Assembly: GCA_965249555.1 (NCBI GenBank)
Contig: OZ252243.1
Span: 960,001 to 1,024,000, forward strand
Source of the DNA: Nitrosopumilus sp.
GTDB lineage: Archaea; Thermoproteota; Nitrososphaeria; Nitrososphaerales; Nitrosopumilaceae
DNA: 64,000 bases
Direction of reading: 5' to 3'
The notes under the pieces: model-generated
The model's database searches: none
Told to the model about the DNA's origin: nothing
What the model saw: only the letters and a program-made list of their open reading frames with translations
Translations under genes and position numbers: made by a program
Shown here: one piece after another, positions 50,609 to 60,034 of the stretch
Layout: every line of letters starts with the position of its first letter
Position numbering within the stretch: position 1 is the first letter of the stretch

Positions 50609-50995
50609 ATGGCTAAAAAACGTATTCGAATAGATATGGAGGACACAGATGGTGCACGATTTGACATCAAAATAGAAGGTAATGTCACCAGGGAAAAGGT
50701 TCTCAAAATATTTGAAATGATGGACTTGATGAATATTGAGGAAGAACACGAAACAACAAACATGGACTCAGTAGGCTCAAAAATTTGGCATATTGTGGAT
50801 AAATTCTTCCCAATGGGTAAATTTACCTCCACGACTATTCTTGAAAAATACGAAGATGAATTCAACGAACCAGTAAAACTTAGTGTAATATCGACCTATT
50901 TGTCACGTTTTTCATCAAAAGGTAGGATTGATAGGGTTAGAACAGGTCGTGAATGGACCTATCAAACCATTAAGATAAGCCAAAAACAACAATAA
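50609..50995 (+). CDS. Small protein with C-terminal winged HTH
   Basis: FTSTTILEKYE...KLSVISTYLSRF...IDRVRTGREWTY. Confidence 0.8.
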   Translation: MAKKRIRIDMEDTDGARFDIKIEGNVTREKVLKIFEMMDLMNIEEEHETTNMDSVGSKIWHIVDKFFPMGKFTSTTILEKYEDEFNEPVKLSVISTYLSRFSSKGRIDRVRTGREWTYQTIKISQKQQ

Positions 50996-50999
50996 CCGA

Positions 51000-51161
51000 T
51001 TAAGAAATGGTTATTTTCCTAACAATTAACTGATCTTTTCCAAGAATCAACTTTACATATTCACCTTTTTGAATATCCATGTATTTTCTAAATTGTTTTG
51101 GAATAGAAATTGTCCCGGCTGAAGTGATTTTTACCAAAACTTCATTCTCTTGAACAGACAT
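51000..51161 (-). CDS. AbrB/MazE/SpoVT-family DNA-binding protein (53 aa), not in the track
   Basis: MSVQENEVLVKITSAGTISIPKQFRKYMDIQKGEYVKLILGKDQLIVRKITIS*. Confidence 0.85.
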   Translation of the reverse strand: MSVQENEVLVKITSAGTISIPKQFRKYMDIQKGEYVKLILGKDQLIVRKITIS

Positions 51162-51276
51162 ATTATTATTATAATTTTATAATATATATAATTTATAATT
51201 AATAATAAATTATTATGTTTCCATGAAAATTTGAATGAAAGGACAAAAATCTATTATGGTAAACTAAAAAAATTTC

Positions 51277-51879
51277 TTATGCAATAATTGGGTTAGTTTG
51301 AACGTCTTCAACCTTTGCTTTTCCCTTCTCAGTAATTGAATATGTGTATGGTTTAGTTTCTATATTTCTTTGAACATAACCACCATCAAATAATTTCTTC
51401 ATTAATCTTGAAGTATGTTCCCTACTTCTCTTTAATGTGATGTGTATGTCACGTGATGTCATAGTTTTGTTTGTGATTAATTGCAACACATAATCTGTTG
51501 GGTTTGTGTGATCTATACTAGAAATATTGGGTGTGGAAATTAGTTTTTCAGACCTTATTTTAGGTTGAATTACTTTTTCTACATTATTTTCTTCTGCTTT
51601 GTTATTTAACAACTTTTCTAAGAGTTGTTTTAATTCTAACTTAGAATCCTCTGTTTTAGGCTCAATTCCTTGAATTTCTAATGCATCTAGGCGTATTTTC
51701 ATATCAATTAACTGCCTTTCGTAGTACTCTAAACGCTCAGATTGTGGAACATCAGACATTTCACTTTTTGATTTAATGAATGGAAGTACTTTGTAAAACA
51801 CATACAATCCACCTAAACCAACTACAAATGCTAAAATCACACTCAAAATCACTTCAGGATCAGGAATTTCTACTAACAT
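51277..51879 (-). CDS. Membrane-anchored protein: N-terminal TM, coiled coil, C-terminal MarR-like wHTH
   Basis: VILSVILAFVVGLGGLYVFY; MTSRDIHITLKRSREHTSRLMKKLFDGGYVQR...YSITEKG; likely start MLVEIP at 51879. Confidence 0.82.
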   Translation of the reverse strand: MLVEIPDPEVILSVILAFVVGLGGLYVFYKVLPFIKSKSEMSDVPQSERLEYYERQLIDMKIRLDALEIQGIEPKTEDSKLELKQLLEKLLNNKAEENNVEKVIQPKIRSEKLISTPNISSIDHTNPTDYVLQLITNKTMTSRDIHITLKRSREHTSRLMKKLFDGGYVQRNIETKPYTYSITEKGKAKVEDVQTNPIIA

Positions 51880-52125
51880 CACAAATTTACGCCTATGTTG
51901 TGATTTATCGTGATTGAACAACATTATTTCACACTTTAGATTAACATACTGACACACATAATCACAAACACATCAACTACTTTTTGATATTTATCATCAC
52001 AAATATCACATATTACATGCCTTTCGAATAGTCATATCTATCACCCTAGTGATTTGTTCTTCTCTTTCTGGGAAGATATCACCATCATTCATCACACGAA
52101 TGTTCTCTGAAAGTTTGGATATCAC
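51437..52125. repeat. Dense array of ATCAC/GTGAT motifs (17 copies counted)
   Basis: At 51437, 51453, 51473, 51508, 51836, 51848, 51878, 51900, 51910, 51961, 51996, 52005, 52040, 52049, 52078, 52091 and 52121. Confidence 0.7.
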
Positions 52126-52368
52126 ATCAATATCATCAGGTAAGAGTATGCCTAGACCGCGAAAAAGTATAATTGAATAGAATAATGCGATTAATTTCTC
52201 TCTAGATTGCCCAACTTGCCTATAATATGCTCCTCTTGTTATAGGAAATTTAGATTCTAGAAGATCCTTCTGATTTAAAATAATTTTAATTTGTCGCTCT
52301 GTAAATAGAGATTTTTTGATGATTTGGCGAATAATATTGTTAAAATTAGATTCTTTAGAGTCTGCCAT
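52006..52368 (-). CDS. Hypothetical protein with an HTH-like segment
   Basis: SLFTERQIKII...ITRGAYYRQVGQSREK, resembling a sigma-r4/Tfx-like HTH. Confidence 0.7.
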   Translation of the reverse strand: MADSKESNFNNIIRQIIKKSLFTERQIKIILNQKDLLESKFPITRGAYYRQVGQSREKLIALFYSIILFRGLGILLPDDIDVISKLSENIRVMNDGDIFPEREEQITRVIDMTIRKACNM

Positions 52369-52433
52369 AGCTATACAAATCTGTATACTGACATTCCAAT
52401 TAAACTTTAAAGAGTCATCTACAAACCTCCACT

Positions 52434-53186
52434 ATGACTGGAAACAAAGTTGAATCGTTCCTAAAATCAGAATTAAAAAAGAAAAACGCATTGTTATTTG
52501 TTTTAATTGATTCTGAAGTATCACAATTACAGGCATCAAGCAAGCTTGCCAAAGATGTTGAAAAGATTGGTGCATCTGCAATCTTGGTTGGAGGCTCCTC
52601 AGCCACTGATCAGATTGAGATGGCTCAAGTGGTTAAAGGCATCAAAAAAGGTATTAAAATTCCAATAATCTTGTTTCCTGGAAATGTCACAGGCGTTGTG
52701 CCTGATGCTGATGCAATCCTATTTAGCTCCCTAATGAACTCAGAAAATCCATACTTTATCACACAAGCACAAGCATTGGGAGCCCCAAGTGTTCTCAAAT
52801 TTGGTTTAGAACCACTTCCAACCGCTTATTTGGTGATTGGAGATGGAACCTCAGCTTGGTTTGTTGGTTCTGCACGAGGAATTCCTTTTGAAAAACCAAA
52901 AATTGCTGCTGCATATGCCCTTGCCGCTCAATTTCTTGGAATGAGATTTGTATATTTAGAAGCAGGTTCTGGTGCAAAAACTAGTGTTACTCCAGAGATG
53001 GTCAAAACAGTAAGGCGTGCTTTTAATGGATTCTTGATAGTAGGAGGAGGAATCAAAGATGTAAAAACTGCCCAAAACTTGGTCAAAGCAGGAGCCGATG
53101 CTTTGGTAATTGGTACATTCCTTGAAAAAGGAGGAAGCATCAAAAAACTCCAAGAAATAGCAAAAGTAATTCAAAGAAGCAAGTAG
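52434..53186 (+). CDS. Geranylgeranylglyceryl phosphate synthase
   Basis: LVGGSS, ILFPGN, YLEAGSGA, VGGGI. Confidence 0.95.
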   Translation: MTGNKVESFLKSELKKKNALLFVLIDSEVSQLQASSKLAKDVEKIGASAILVGGSSATDQIEMAQVVKGIKKGIKIPIILFPGNVTGVVPDADAILFSSLMNSENPYFITQAQALGAPSVLKFGLEPLPTAYLVIGDGTSAWFVGSARGIPFEKPKIAAAYALAAQFLGMRFVYLEAGSGAKTSVTPEMVKTVRRAFNGFLIVGGGIKDVKTAQNLVKAGADALVIGTFLEKGGSIKKLQEIAKVIQRSK

Positions 53187-53198
53187 TAGAATTGTATC

Positions 53199-56100
53199 AT
53201 GTCAGATAACGATGCAATTTCTCGTATTAGTGATATTAAGATGCCAGATTATTATCATGATTACTACTCAAATCTTTCAAGTGAAACAGTTTCCATCTTT
53301 GAGAAAGCAGCAGTTGCAAAATCAAGTTTGGTAGACTCTTCAGGTATAATTGAACCTAAAATCGCATTTGATTTGGCAGATCGTGTTTCCAAAATGCACG
53401 AAATTGATATTGCTGAACCTCTTAGAGAACTACTAAAAACAAACGGGAAGGAACTCTCTGCACTTATTTTATCAAAAGAAATTGCTCTTGGTGAATACTC
53501 TCTTTCTGATGCTACCTTAGAAGACAAACTAGATCTTGCAGTTCGTGTAGGGTTAGCCATTGTTACAGAAGGAGTAACCATCGCGCCTTTACAGGGAATT
53601 AGTGAAGTAAAAATCAAGAAAAACAAAGATGGCACTGAGTATCTTTCAGTTTCTATTGCAGGACCTATGCGTTCAGCAGGAGGAACAGAATCTGCTGTAA
53701 CAATGTTAATTGCAGACCATGTTAGAAAAGCAGTTGGTTTAACAAAATACCAAGCAAATTCATTTGATGATGAAACTGGTAGATTTGTAGAGGAATTACG
53801 AATCTATGAAAGAGAGGCCAGTAGTTTTCAATTTCATATTTTAGATGAAGATATCGAACATGTCATTTCTCACCTTCCAGTCGAATTAGATGGAGTAGAT
53901 ACGGATCCATTTGAGGTTGTAAATCACAAATCAATGATTCGCATCAAAACTGATAGGGTTAGAGGTGGCGCTTTACGTGTCTTAAATGATGGATTGATTG
54001 GAAGATCCAAAAAACTTCTCAAAAGGATTGAACTATACAATCTAGATGGTTGGGAGTGGCTTAATGATCTTAAAGGTGTAGTTCAAACAGGTGAAAATCA
54101 GGAAGACGCAGCTGCTAAAAGAATGCGTGAAGTAATTACAGGAAGATCAGTCTTATCTATGCCTAAAAAGTTAGGTGGATTCCGATTAAGATATGGAAGA
54201 GCATGTAATACAGGCTTTGCAGCAGTTGGAATTCATCCCGTAGTAGGTGAAATTTTAGATCATACCATAGTTGTAGGAACACAAATCAAAATTGACATTC
54301 CAGGAAAAGGAGCAACTATTGCTTTTGTTGATTCTATTGATACTCCAATAGTTCGCCTAAAAAATGGCAATGTTGTAAAGATTAGAGACATTAAACATGG
54401 ATTAGAAATTAAAAATGAAATTGAAAAAATCCTACACTTGGGAGATATACTAATTTCATTTGGAGACTTTCTTGAAAATAATGCTCAACTTATTCCTTCA
54501 GGGTATGTTGAAGAATTTTGGATAGAGGAACTAAAACAAAAAATCCAAAAATATGAACCTGATGATCAGTATCTAAAACAATTTCTGACTAGAGTACCCA
54601 CAATAGATGAGGCACTGAAAATTTCCCTTGACTTTCAAATTCCACTTTATCCACATTATCTATATTTCTGGGATAAAATCTCATCAAAAGAACTTGGTCA
54701 ACTTTTAGAACCAAAACAAGTTACTGAAACATCAATTGAATACTTTGTGGAAATAAAAAAAATCCTTGAAAAATTGGGCACTCCTCATAAAGTTGAAAAT
54801 GAAACTATAGTCCTAGAAAATCTAGAGGCAAAAATTTTCTTTAATTTATTGTTTAGAGAAAAACCAACAATTAGTGATTTGTCAGTTCCAAAAATTTTAA
54901 CAAAATCATCAGGAATTCAAATTAAAAATAAATTTTCAACATCTATTGGGGTTCGAATTGGAAGACCTGAAAAAGCAGCTGCTAGACAAATGAAACCTCC
55001 TACACACATATTATTTCCAATTAGTGACAAAGGAGGACCTACCAGAGATCTTCTAAAGGCATCAAGAAATGAACACTTCTTTACTAACATATTCAATAGA
55101 CATTGTGACCAATGTAATGAACCCTCTATAGGCATCAAGTGCTCTAGATGTGGCACTAAAACAACAATTTACTACAAATGTTCTAACTGTAGAGACACTC
55201 TTACTGAACCATATTGTGAAAAATGTAAACGCAAAGTACAAACTCACTCACACAAAGAATTTCCACTAAAAACAAAATTACTATCAGCTCAGGAAAAAAT
55301 GGGATTACGTGTCAAAGAACCATTCAAAGGCGTCAAAGAGCTAATTAATCAAGATAGAATTGCTGAACCTCTAGAAAAAGGAATTACACGTCAAAACTTT
55401 GGGCTTACAGTCTTCAAAGATGGAACTGTTAGGTTTGATGCAACAAATTCTCCCTTAACCCAATTCAAACCATCATGGATTGGAACATCGATAGAGAAAC
55501 TAAAGGGGCTTGGATATTTTCACGACATAGATGGGAAACCACTTACAAACTTAGAACAGATTGTTGAACTTCGTATGCAAGATGTGATAATTCCGTATGA
55601 TAGTGGAAATTATTTGGTTTCTACTTGTAAATACATTGATACTCTTTTAGTGAAATTCTATGGAAAATCTTCATTTTACAATGTAAAGAATACTGAAGAG
55701 CTTATCGGCCATCTAGTAATTGGCTTAGCTCCACATACTTCTGTTGGAATAGTAGGACGAATCATTGGATATACTGAAACACATGTTTGTTTTGGAACTC
55801 CAAACTGGCACTCTGCAAAAAGAAGAGATGCTGATGGTGATGCTGATTCTATTATGCTTCTTATGGATAGCTTACTTAATTTCTCAAGACAATTTCTTTC
55901 TGATAGAATAGGTGGGCTAATGGATGCTCCATTACTTGTGCAACCTCTAGTTTTACCACATGAATCTCAACCACAAGCACACAATCTTGAAGTCACAAAG
56001 TATCTTCCTTTAGAATTCTTCGAGTCCACATTTCAACAGAACAAAGCATCAGATATAACATCTGTAGAAATTATCAAGTCACGTCTTGAAACTGAAAGGC

Positions 56101-56576
56101 AATTTTATGATTATTTCTTTACACATTCAACTTCATCACTAACCACTTCAAAATCTCGTAGTGCCTACTCTACACTTGGCTCAATGCTTGACAAATTTGA
56201 TATGCAAATTAGAAATGCTGAATTAATTGATGTGGTAAATCCTTCAGAAATTGTTTCAAATGTCATTTCAACACATCTGGTTCCAGATATTATGGGAAAT
56301 CTTAGAGCATACGCTAGACAAAACTTTAGGTGCACAGGTTGTGGAAAATCATTCCGTCGGATGCCTCTAATTCAAACATGTGTATGTGGTCATAAACTAA
56401 TTCCTACAATTACCAGAGGCTCTGTTGAAAAATATCTAAAACTTGCAAAAAGACTTGTTGAGAAATATGATGTTGGTGAATATCAAAGAGGAAGAATTCA
56501 TGCTCTATCAGACGAAATTGAATTAGTATTTGGTAAGAGTAAAGGAGACCAATCACTTCTTACTGATTACGCCTAG
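53199..56576 (+). CDS. polC: DNA polymerase D large subunit DP2 (no intein)
   Basis: AGPMRSAGGT, GGFRLRYGR, FKDGTVRFD, AKRRDADGDAD, Zn fingers. Confidence 0.97.
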   Translation: MSDNDAISRISDIKMPDYYHDYYSNLSSETVSIFEKAAVAKSSLVDSSGIIEPKIAFDLADRVSKMHEIDIAEPLRELLKTNGKELSALILSKEIALGEYSLSDATLEDKLDLAVRVGLAIVTEGVTIAPLQGISEVKIKKNKDGTEYLSVSIAGPMRSAGGTESAVTMLIADHVRKAVGLTKYQANSFDDETGRFVEELRIYEREASSFQFHILDEDIEHVISHLPVELDGVDTDPFEVVNHKSMIRIKTDRVRGGALRVLNDGLIGRSKKLLKRIELYNLDGWEWLNDLKGVVQTGENQEDAAAKRMREVITGRSVLSMPKKLGGFRLRYGRACNTGFAAVGIHPVVGEILDHTIVVGTQIKIDIPGKGATIAFVDSIDTPIVRLKNGNVVKIRDIKHGLEIKNEIEKILHLGDILISFGDFLENNAQLIPSGYVEEFWIEELKQKIQKYEPDDQYLKQFLTRVPTIDEALKISLDFQIPLYPHYLYFWDKISSKELGQLLEPKQVTETSIEYFVEIKKILEKLGTPHKVENETIVLENLEAKIFFNLLFREKPTISDLSVPKILTKSSGIQIKNKFSTSIGVRIGRPEKAAARQMKPPTHILFPISDKGGPTRDLLKASRNEHFFTNIFNRHCDQCNEPSIGIKCSRCGTKTTIYYKCSNCRDTLTEPYCEKCKRKVQTHSHKEFPLKTKLLSAQEKMGLRVKEPFKGVKELINQDRIAEPLEKGITRQNFGLTVFKDGTVRFDATNSPLTQFKPSWIGTSIEKLKGLGYFHDIDGKPLTNLEQIVELRMQDVIIPYDSGNYLVSTCKYIDTLLVKFYGKSSFYNVKNTEELIGHLVIGLAPHTSVGIVGRIIGYTETHVCFGTPNWHSAKRRDADGDADSIMLLMDSLLNFSRQFLSDRIGGLMDAPLLVQPLVLPHESQPQAHNLEVTKYLPLEFFESTFQQNKASDITSVEIIKSRLETERQFYDYFFTHSTSSLTTSKSRSAYSTLGSMLDKFDMQIRNAELIDVVNPSEIVSNVISTHLVPDIMGNLRAYARQNFRCTGCGKSFRRMPLIQTCVCGHKLIPTITRGSVEKYLKLAKRLVEKYDVGEYQRGRIHALSDEIELVFGKSKGDQSLLTDYA

Positions 56577-56578
56577 AA

Positions 56579-57901
56579 CTATCTCAGTTTGACGTACTCG
56601 TAAGCACCTAATTTGTTATCAAAACAGAATTTGACTTTTTGATAGTTTTTTCTTAATGCCTTAACTTTTGGAAGTATCTTTTTTGGATCCTTTTTCTCAA
56701 TAACTACTTGTTTAATGAAAGATGCAATTTCTTGCATCTCATTCTTTTTCATTCCAAGTCGTGTTATTTCAGAAACTCCTAATCTAATTCCACTAGGATG
56801 AAAATAATTTCTTCCTGCCTTAATATCACCTGGAATGAGTTGTCTGTTAACTATGATGTTAGCTTTTTCTAAATCTGCTTCTACTTTTCCACCATCAGAA
56901 TAATCTAAAACATTAACTGCAATCTGATGTGATTCTGTAAATCCTCTACTTTCTCCTAATACCTTGAATCCCATATCATGCAAAGTCTCTGCAAACAACT
57001 TTGCATTTTTTATGACCTGAGTTGCATAGTCTTTTCCAAACTCTAAAGCCTCTGCAAAAGCAACTGCTTTTCCAGCCATATGATGAATGTGGTGGCTACT
57101 TGTAAGGCCCGGAAACGTTGCTTTTTTGATAACCTCTTCATGTTCTTTAGATCCGAGAACAAGTCCTCCTTGAGGTCCAAACAAAGTCTTATGAGTACTC
57201 ATAGTCATAGTATCTGCGCCTTCACGTAGAGGGTCTTGGAATTTTCCACCAGCAATTAATCCAGCAACATGAGCTGCATCATAATTGATGTGCATATCAT
57301 AACTCTTTAGAAAATCTGATAATTCTTTGACAGGATGTGGAAATAAGAATAATGAACCACCAAACATTGCCATCTTTGGAAGACGACCATCTTTTTTTAG
57401 AGTCTTTATTTTTTGTTTTGTCTTATCTACATCAATTGTCATTTCTTCAGCATTAAATGGATAGAACTCTATCTCTAATCCATGAACTAGACCAGCAGTT
57501 CCAAAATGCTCCTTTTTACCATGTGATATGTGACCACCTGCAGGAATAGAAGGTGCTAGCATTACATCACCTGGATTGGTAAAAGAAGAATACACTATAA
57601 GATTTGCAACAACTCCTGAAGTTGGTCTTACATCAGCAAATTTTGCTTTGTACAATTTTTTAGCCAACTTCATACATTCAAATTCTACATCATCAATGTA
57701 GATACATCCAGCATACACTCTCTCCCCAGGCCATCCTTCAGCATACCTATTTCCAAAATCTGAGATTATAGCTTCTCGAACAGCAGGACTTGGAATATTC
57801 TCACTTGCAATTAATGGAATTGAATTTTCAAACCATTTGTGATGTTCCTTTAATTTAGCGAAAATCTTATTGTAAGATTCTTTATTTTGTGACTTGGCCA
57901 T
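56579..57901 (-). CDS. glyA: Serine hydroxymethyltransferase
   Basis: LIASEN, RYAEG, GGHISH, STHKTLFGPQGG. Confidence 0.96.
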   Translation of the reverse strand: MAKSQNKESYNKIFAKLKEHHKWFENSIPLIASENIPSPAVREAIISDFGNRYAEGWPGERVYAGCIYIDDVEFECMKLAKKLYKAKFADVRPTSGVVANLIVYSSFTNPGDVMLAPSIPAGGHISHGKKEHFGTAGLVHGLEIEFYPFNAEEMTIDVDKTKQKIKTLKKDGRLPKMAMFGGSLFLFPHPVKELSDFLKSYDMHINYDAAHVAGLIAGGKFQDPLREGADTMTMSTHKTLFGPQGGLVLGSKEHEEVIKKATFPGLTSSHHIHHMAGKAVAFAEALEFGKDYATQVIKNAKLFAETLHDMGFKVLGESRGFTESHQIAVNVLDYSDGGKVEADLEKANIIVNRQLIPGDIKAGRNYFHPSGIRLGVSEITRLGMKKNEMQEIASFIKQVVIEKKDPKKILPKVKALRKNYQKVKFCFDNKLGAYEYVKLR

Positions 57902-58004
57902 ATTTTGAAATTTGATTTTCCCAATTTAAAAACACCGATGCTGCCTCAAATTTTCATATTCTGATCTGCAAGGTATAAAAGGGGAATCTGGAGTTTCAGC
58001 ATTT

Positions 58005-59699
58005 ATGGGTATGCAAGCCACTTCCAAAGGAAATATGCCAGTTGTATTGCTAAAGGAAGGCGGTTCAGAAACCAAAGGCAGAGATGCACAAAAGAATAAC
58101 ATTGCTGCATGCAAAATTGTTGCCGAAATTGTTCAAACCAGCCTAGGTCCACGAGGCATGGATAAAATGCTAGTTGACTCCTTGGGAGATGTTACTATTA
58201 CCAATGATGGTGCAACTATCCTAAAAGAAATTGATGTTCAACATCCAGCTGCAAAAATGCTAGTTGAAATTTCTAAAACTACAGATAATGAAGTTGGAGA
58301 TGGCACAACTTCAGTTGTTGTATTGGCAGGTGCTTTACTTGATAACGCTGAATTATTAATTGATCAAGATGTTCATCCAACAATTATTGTTGATGGTTAT
58401 AGAAAATCTGCAAAAAAGGCAAAACAGTTTCTTGAAAGTATTGCTGACCAAGTATCTGCAAATGATAAAAACATTCTAACTAAAATCGCAAAAACCTCAA
58501 TGCAAACTAAACTTGTTAGAAAGGACTCTGATCAACTCGCAGATATTGTTGTAAAATCTATTCTTGCTGTTTCAGAAAAAGATGGTGAAACTTACAGTGT
58601 TGATATTGATGATATTAAAGTAGAAAAGAAGGCTGGAGGCTCTATCAAAGACACGACGATTATTCAGGGAATTGTTCTTGATAAAGAAATTGTTAATGGA
58701 GGAATGCCTACAAAAATCACTGAAGCTAAAATTGCATTAATTAATACCGCATTAGAAATTAGCAAAACTGAAACTGATGCAAAAATTAACATTTCTAATC
58801 CTCAACAACTAAAATCATTTCTAGATGAAGAAAACAGAATGTTAAAGACAATGGTTGACAAAGTCATTGGCTCTGGGGCAAATGTAGTTTTATGTCAAAA
58901 AGGTATTGATGATATGGCTCAACATTATCTAGCAAAAGCTGGAATTATTGCAGTTAGAAGAATTAAAGAAAGTGATCTTGAAAAACTTGCAAGAGCAACA
59001 GGTGCAAGAATAGTTACAAACCTTGATGATCTTTTTGAAAAAGATCTAGGTAGTGCAGATCTTGTTGAAGAAAGAAAAATTGAAGAAGACAAATGGGTAT
59101 TTGTTGAAGGCTGCAAACATCCAAAATCAGTTACCTTGCTTCTTCGTGGAGGCTCACAAAGAGTAGTTGATGAAGTTGAACGCTCTGTTCATGATGCACT
59201 AATGGTTGTAAAAGATGTAATGGAAAATCCTTCAATTGTTGCAGGCGGCGGTGCCCCTGAGACATATGCTGCAACTAAACTAAGAAGTTGGGCAAAATCT
59301 CTAGAAGGAAGAGAACAATTAGCTGCTGAAAAATTTGCTGATGCTTTAGAATCAATTCCATTAACACTTTCTGAAAATGCTGGAATGGATCCAATTGATA
59401 CAATGACATATCTTCGCTCAAGACAACAGAAAGGAGAGAAATGGACTGGAATTGATGTTATGAAAGGAAAGATCTCTAATATGAAATTAAGTGATATTAT
59501 TGAACCACTTACAGTTAAACTTCAAATTGTATCTGCAGCTTCTGAAGCTGCATGTATGATTCTTAGAATTGATGATGTAATTGCTACCCAAAAATCTGCT
59601 GGTGGTCCACCTGGCGGAGGAGAAGGAGGTATGCCACCTGGTATGGGTGGAATGCCACCTGGTATGGGTGGAATGCCTGATATGGGCGGAATGATGTAA
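58005..59699 (+). CDS. ths: Thermosome (group II chaperonin) subunit
   Basis: [26 protein letters not shown]-rich tail. Confidence 0.97.
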   Translation: MGMQATSKGNMPVVLLKEGGSETKGRDAQKNNIAACKIVAEIVQTSLGPRGMDKMLVDSLGDVTITNDGATILKEIDVQHPAAKMLVEISKTTDNEVGDGTTSVVVLAGALLDNAELLIDQDVHPTIIVDGYRKSAKKAKQFLESIADQVSANDKNILTKIAKTSMQTKLVRKDSDQLADIVVKSILAVSEKDGETYSVDIDDIKVEKKAGGSIKDTTIIQGIVLDKEIVNGGMPTKITEAKIALINTALEISKTETDAKINISNPQQLKSFLDEENRMLKTMVDKVIGSGANVVLCQKGIDDMAQHYLAKAGIIAVRRIKESDLEKLARATGARIVTNLDDLFEKDLGSADLVEERKIEEDKWVFVEGCKHPKSVTLLLRGGSQRVVDEVERSVHDALMVVKDVMENPSIVAGGGAPETYAATKLRSWAKSLEGREQLAAEKFADALESIPLTLSENAGMDPIDTMTYLRSRQQKGEKWTGIDVMKGKISNMKLSDIIEPLTVKLQIVSAASEAACMILRIDDVIATQKSAGGPPGGGEGGMPPGMGGMPPGMGGMPDMGGMM

Positions 59700-59755
59700 A
59701 TCATTTTGAAAAATTTCTTTAAAAGTTTATTTGATAATTACATTCACGAACAACA

Positions 59756-60034
59756 TTGAATAAAACATCATCCAAAATACTTACTAGTTTCAAGTACGTT
59801 TACCTAGTTGCATTTTTTACATTACTTGCTGGATTCTTTTATCCACTAATTACTAACACAAGTTTTGATGGTGTAATCATTGGCGTTTTGATATTATTTA
59901 TGGGTCTTGCTGGTGGAGTCTTATTGTATAGAGCTGCTACATCTGAAAAGTGGAGAGGAATATATCTAGGAGGGGGATTTGCTCTGATGGCGGTTTCATT
60001 ATTTTGTATCTTTCAGCTTACTGGAAGAGCCTAA
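59756..60034 (+). CDS. 3-TM hypothetical membrane protein
   Basis: 92-aa hydrophobic ORF. Confidence 0.7.
   Translation: MNKTSSKILTSFKYVYLVAFFTLLAGFFYPLITNTSFDGVIIGVLILFMGLAGGVLLYRAATSEKWRGIYLGGGFALMAVSLFCIFQLTGRA

Noticed and set aside
51000-51161. AbrB/MazE gene as a toxin-antitoxin antitoxin
   Set aside because: No adjacent PIN- or MazF-type toxin
53199-56576. Possible intein in DP2
   Set aside because: Length (1125 aa) and continuous catalytic motifs show no insertion
59628-59680. 21-bp tandem repeat
   Set aside because: Encodes the ordinary GGM-rich chaperonin tail
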